Assembly: GCA_963796965.1 (NCBI GenBank)
Contig: CAWCNS010000005.1
Coordinates: 1,056,001 to 1,120,000, forward strand
Reading direction: 5' to 3'
Length of the DNA: 64,000 nucleotides
From: Calditrichia bacterium
Lineage (GTDB): Bacteria; Calditrichota; Calditrichia; JAJRVZ01
The translations under genes and the position numbers were made by a program. The notes beneath the pieces are model-generated. The model saw only the letters and a list, made by a program, of their open reading frames with translations. It made no database searches and was not told the origin of the DNA. This document shows positions 59,959-64,000 of the stretch, piece after piece; within the stretch, counting starts at the first letter, position 1, and each line of letters begins with the position of its first letter.

Positions 59959-60729
59959 TCAATCATCAAACACTTTCTTCACATCCGCAATACTATCTAT
60001 CACACGCCAGGGTCTAATATCTGCTTTATCCAAATCAGTATCTGAATATTTTCCGGTCTTGACCAGAACACCGCGAATACCCATCCGGTTTGCACCAATT
60101 ATATCAGATTCGATGTCATCACCTATCATAACGACCTGATCGGCAGATAAGTTCAGATCATTTAGGGCAAGAGCAAAAAAGTGAGGTGATGGTTTTCCGA
60201 CTATCTGACTTTTTTTTCCGGAGGCAAATTCAAGCATTGCAACGATTGCCCCAGCATCCATCGTATATCCCTTATCCGATATCCAATAGCGGTTTTTTTG
60301 CAGGGCAATCAACTCCGCGCCATCGAATAGCATTTGAAATGCCCGGTTCATTGATTCAAAATTGAGTTTATGGCCCAAATCACCCACGATAATAAAATCA
60401 GGATTCTCAGAATCAATGGTCAATCCATCAAATTCATTCTTGGCATCATCAGCCAGAAGCAAATGACATTTGTCCTTTCCTGATTTTTTCACATAAAGCA
60501 CTGCCGCATATACAGCGCTAAAGATATGCATTGGATCGACATTTATATTAAACGAACTCAGTTTTGTTTTTAGGGTTTCACGACTTTTCATAGTTGTATT
60601 GGTAAGGAAACGAATAGGGATATCTTGCTTCTGTAGCCAGGTAACAGATTCTGCTGCACCTTCAATCGGGACAGAATCATTAAATATTACCCCATCCAGA
60701 TCTATTAAAAGGCCTCTTATATCACTCAT
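59959..60729 (-). CDS. HAD subfamily IIA hydrolase (LHPP-like)
   Basis: DLDGV, TNTT, GKP, GDDIESD. Confidence 0.92.
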   Translation of the reverse strand: MSDIRGLLIDLDGVIFNDSVPIEGAAESVTWLQKQDIPIRFLTNTTMKSRETLKTKLSSFNINVDPMHIFSAVYAAVLYVKKSGKDKCHLLLADDAKNEFDGLTIDSENPDFIIVGDLGHKLNFESMNRAFQMLFDGAELIALQKNRYWISDKGYTMDAGAIVAMLEFASGKKSQIVGKPSPHFFALALNDLNLSADQVVMIGDDIESDIIGANRMGIRGVLVKTGKYSDTDLDKADIRPWRVIDSIADVKKVFDD

Positions 60730-60861
60730 TATTGTCCCAACACTTATCCATTATAAATATTTCATTTGCCACCAATACACAAAGGCACAAAGTACAAAAA
60801 AAGCAAAGATATGCTATAATATTTAATATATATTTAAAATTAATAATTATTTTTAATGGCT

Positions 60862-62001
60862 TTATTGCTTTGTTGCGATGCTCTCCTGCTCTGATTCTAA
60901 ATATCTGAAAAGATTATTTATATTTTTCCGCGTTGGAGAAAAATCATTTGGAAAACCGTCATATGTTTTTGCCTGCGCTACGGCATCACTTAAGCTAATT
61001 CCAATTTGTCTGGCTGAATAACACCAACCGTTATCCATAAAGTAGCGAGCGAGGTATTCCTGTTCAATCTGACCTGGCGTTGGGACAAATAACCCCTTTT
61101 TTCCTAATTCTACCATCTCCATCATAGTCGTATAGCCCGGTCTGGCGATGATAAATTTTGATGCGCTCATACAGGCGACTATCTCTTCTCTACTCAAATA
61201 AGAATAGAATATGGCACCACCAATGCGGATTTTATAATCTTTTTCTGGCGTTCCTAATGCGCCAATAATTCTGCCTTCCAGGTTAGCGATCTGTTCGAAA
61301 ATAATTTGTTCAAAAATCGTTCTCTGCGGTTCAGGGCCACTGATAATGACAAAATAATCTAAAGGTTTTGATGGTCCTTTCTTCTGTAATGACAAATCTG
61401 TAATGATCCCGGTATAATTTAACTTCTTTTTCGGAATATACCTCAAATTATGTGACAGTTCTCCACTCAAAGATCCTGCTCCTTGTCTATCCGGAACAAG
61501 TATTCTGTGATAGTTTTTAAAAATCACATAATTAAAATATTCAGGCAGCCATTCCATCCTTCCTATCGGCCAGGGAAGTTTATAACGCAATTGATGGGAT
61601 ATCAGGAAACACGCTTCATTTTTTAAAGCCATACCAAAGCGATTATCACTAATAATAATAGAGAATTGATATTGGGCCTGAAGTTTTTTTAATACTCTTT
61701 TTTCCTTGACCATCGTCAGGAGCATCTGCGGAAATGTGATGAGCATGAAACGGGTGACAAAGAATCGGGATTTGGAATACTTTATGGGATATTCTGGAAA
61801 ATCAATAAAAATGCAATCAGGAACTTCTTTTAGTAACAACTCCTTGGAACGCCCAACCGCACCAATATAAACAGTATAATCACGCTCTAAAAACATCCTG
61901 ATAAGTGGTAATAACCGCGTTGCATGGCCCAATCCCCAATTGAGAGGTGCAATAAAGACTTTTTTTATTTTGATGTCTGATTCGTTCATAGAATATCGCA
62001 T
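60862..62001 (-). CDS. Glycosyltransferase (GT-B fold, family 28-like C-terminus)
   Basis: PLNWGLGHATR, SGPEPQR, PTPGQIEQ. Confidence 0.88.
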   Translation of the reverse strand: MRYSMNESDIKIKKVFIAPLNWGLGHATRLLPLIRMFLERDYTVYIGAVGRSKELLLKEVPDCIFIDFPEYPIKYSKSRFFVTRFMLITFPQMLLTMVKEKRVLKKLQAQYQFSIIISDNRFGMALKNEACFLISHQLRYKLPWPIGRMEWLPEYFNYVIFKNYHRILVPDRQGAGSLSGELSHNLRYIPKKKLNYTGIITDLSLQKKGPSKPLDYFVIISGPEPQRTIFEQIIFEQIANLEGRIIGALGTPEKDYKIRIGGAIFYSYLSREEIVACMSASKFIIARPGYTTMMEMVELGKKGLFVPTPGQIEQEYLARYFMDNGWCYSARQIGISLSDAVAQAKTYDGFPNDFSPTRKNINNLFRYLESEQESIATKQ

Positions 62002-62084
62002 AAAATATTTTCTCACAAATTCGCAGACTTTTTAAGAGTTAAAACAAAAGAGAAAGAAATTTTATTCAATAACCTCCCCCTAAT

Positions 62085-62107
62085 CCCCCTCCTTACTAAG
62101 GAGGGGG
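62085..62107. repeat. REP-like perfect palindrome
   Basis: ccccctcctta-c-taaggaggggg. Confidence 0.85.
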
Positions 62108-62171
62108 AAAGAGGGGGTGGTGATTTTACATTTCTCCTCTCCATGTCTTGGCGGCTTTGCGAGAGAAAGAT

Positions 62172-62717
62172 TTAAAATATAGCAGTACAAATCAAAGTAG
62201 CAGCGATCAAGCCGGCTGCGTCTGCCATAAGACCTGCGGGTAGGGCATACCTCGTCTTTTGAATATTAACGGCTCCAAAATAAACCGCGACGACATAAAA
62301 GGTCGTTTCTGTGCTCCCAAACATCGTTGATGACATGAATCCTATAAGGGAATCAGCACCGTGCGTTTTTAATAACTCTGTCATCACACCAAGGGAACCA
62401 CTTCCGGAGAGAGGACGCATTAATGCCATTGGCAATACTTCGCTGGGCATCCCAATTAGTTCGGTTATCGGCTTTAAAGCATAGGTGAGAAGATCGAGTG
62501 CCCCACTGGCACGGAACATAGCAATGGCAACAAGCATCGCGACCAGATAGGGTATAATCTTGATAGCAATACTAAATCCTTCTTTTGCTCCCTCTACAAA
62601 TTGCTCATACACTTTTACTTTTTTATAATACCCCATTCCTAAAAATACAAGAAGGATTATGGGGATAACCGCGATTGATGCCCAGTCTAAAGTTAGTTTA
62701 AATAATTCCATTTCCAT
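62172..62717 (-). CDS. spmB: SpmB-like nucleoside-recognition (Gate) membrane protein
   Basis: FVEGAKEG, RPLSGSGS, GSTETTFY. Confidence 0.88.
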   Translation of the reverse strand: MEMELFKLTLDWASIAVIPIILLVFLGMGYYKKVKVYEQFVEGAKEGFSIAIKIIPYLVAMLVAIAMFRASGALDLLTYALKPITELIGMPSEVLPMALMRPLSGSGSLGVMTELLKTHGADSLIGFMSSTMFGSTETTFYVVAVYFGAVNIQKTRYALPAGLMADAAGLIAATLICTAIF

Positions 62718-62865
62718 GTCCTCTTTTATTTTCTTTACCGCAAAGACGCAATGAAGGCGCAAGGCTCGCAAGGATACGAAAGCAAAGCGCTTATCGCATG
62801 GAGCATAGCGTGTAAGAATTATATGGACGCCATGCACTCTGCTCTCTGCTTATAGAAGCAACTCA

Positions 62866-63534
62866 TTATTCAGTACTTTTTTTACGTTTCCGATTAAACG
62901 CCTGGATTAACTTTACAGTTGTCAGCCCGACAATAGTCGCACAGGTTGCTGCCAGAACAGAAGGGATTATGATCATCTGTGGATTTGATGACCCGAGAGA
63001 AGCCCGGATAGCAATCGCTGTGGCCGGAATTAATGTGATGGCACTGGTATTGATGACCAGGAAAGTACACATATCATCAGTAGCTTCTCCCTTATTAGGA
63101 TTAAGTTTATCCAATTCCTCCATCGCCTTCAGACCAAGTGGTGTGGCAGCATTGCTTAATCCCAGCATATTTGCGGCGATGTTCATGATCATCGCTCCAA
63201 TCGCAGGATGATCTTCCGGTATCTTTGGAAATAACCAACGCGTAATCGGTCGGACCATACGGGCAATAACTTTTGTCAGACCCGCTTCTTCTGCGACCTT
63301 CATTACCCCCAACCACAGGGCCATAATGCCAATCAGCCCAAGGGCAATCTCAACAGCAGTAGTAGCACCTTCAAGAGCGGCGGTCGTCACCCGTCCAAGT
63401 TTAGTTTCTTCATTCAAATTTCGTTCTTGTGAAGTTGCAGGGGATGCCGGTGCAAATAGTTCATCATAGATATCATTTCCAGCGGCAATAATAATGGCTA
63501 GCGCAATCATCGCAAACCAGATGTGGTTAAGCAT
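62866..63534 (-). CDS. spmA: SpmA-like nucleoside-recognition (Gate) membrane protein
   Basis: MLNHIW, ANMLGLSNAATPLGLKAM, INTS. Confidence 0.9.
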   Translation of the reverse strand: MLNHIWFAMIALAIIIAAGNDIYDELFAPASPATSQERNLNEETKLGRVTTAALEGATTAVEIALGLIGIMALWLGVMKVAEEAGLTKVIARMVRPITRWLFPKIPEDHPAIGAMIMNIAANMLGLSNAATPLGLKAMEELDKLNPNKGEATDDMCTFLVINTSAITLIPATAIAIRASLGSSNPQMIIIPSVLAATCATIVGLTTVKLIQAFNRKRKKSTE

Positions 63535-64000
63535 ACATCCTCCTTAGTTAGAGATATTCCGGGTATTTTTTTCTATCTGCGCGAGGTGTTTTTTTAAACG
63601 CAAAGCACGCAGAGAACAGACTTTTTTTATTTATTTAATCCCAATACGTATAGATCTATTGTTTAAAAGTTATATTCAGTATATGCGAGATCTAATACCT
63701 TTAAATATTCTTCGTGAACTTTGTGTTTTCTTTGTGTGCTTTGTGTTTATCTTTTTCTCTCGCAGCGACGCAGCGATATTTTAAGATTAAAAATAAAAGA
63801 TTAAAGATGCATCAATAAATTATGACTATCAGTATAATCCCTGACTCTGAAAAAGCCAAAAGAAAAACTTTGTGATCTTAGTGCCTACTTTGTGAACTTT
63901 GTGGTAGTCTTTTTAAATTTGACCCCGTAAAACGGGGCGCTCGTTACGTCGCCGCGAGAGATAGATAATTATAATTAAAAAGCAAAATATAATCCAAAGT

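Noticed and set aside
62172..63534. Sporulation inferred from spmA/spmB
   Set aside because: These Gate-domain proteins are widespread in non-sporulating bacteria, and no other sporulation genes are present.

Overview
AT-rich bacterial chromosome segment, most genes on the minus strand. The gene content (bshC, archaeal/eukaryotic-type proS, Omp85 and large beta-barrel proteins, DUF4388-like regulators) suggests an FCB-related lineage such as Calditrichota; this is inference. Many conserved genes (mutS, proS, gcvPB, lnt, bamD) are split by single-base indels, mostly at homopolymers. This is best explained by long-read assembly error, so joined coordinates are approximate. Core content: tRNA-Lys(TTT), tRNA-Arg(CCG), accB/accC, gcvH/gcvPA/gcvPB, nadD, nadC, bamD, lnt, HU/IHF, mutS, coaX, birA, trkA/trkH, ltaE, a second acyl-CoA carboxylase with methylmalonyl-CoA mutase, ppk1, bshC, rhomboid, proS and spmA/spmB. 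Most notable observations: (1) a candidate bacterial ceramide cluster (reductase, serine palmitoyltransferase, ceramide-synthase-like GNAT); (2) six signalling genes interleaved with the acc/gcv genes, including a QseE/QseG-like kinase and lipoprotein paired with a diguanylate cyclase, plus a degenerate GGDEF protein that keeps its I-site; (3) a symmetric 11 x 23-bp non-coding array beside tRNA-Lys; (4) nested inverted-repeat cassettes in many intergenic gaps; (5) a possible N-methyl-bacillithiol gene pair; (6) an NHL protein / 1167-aa barrel / Omp85 gene trio of unknown function.
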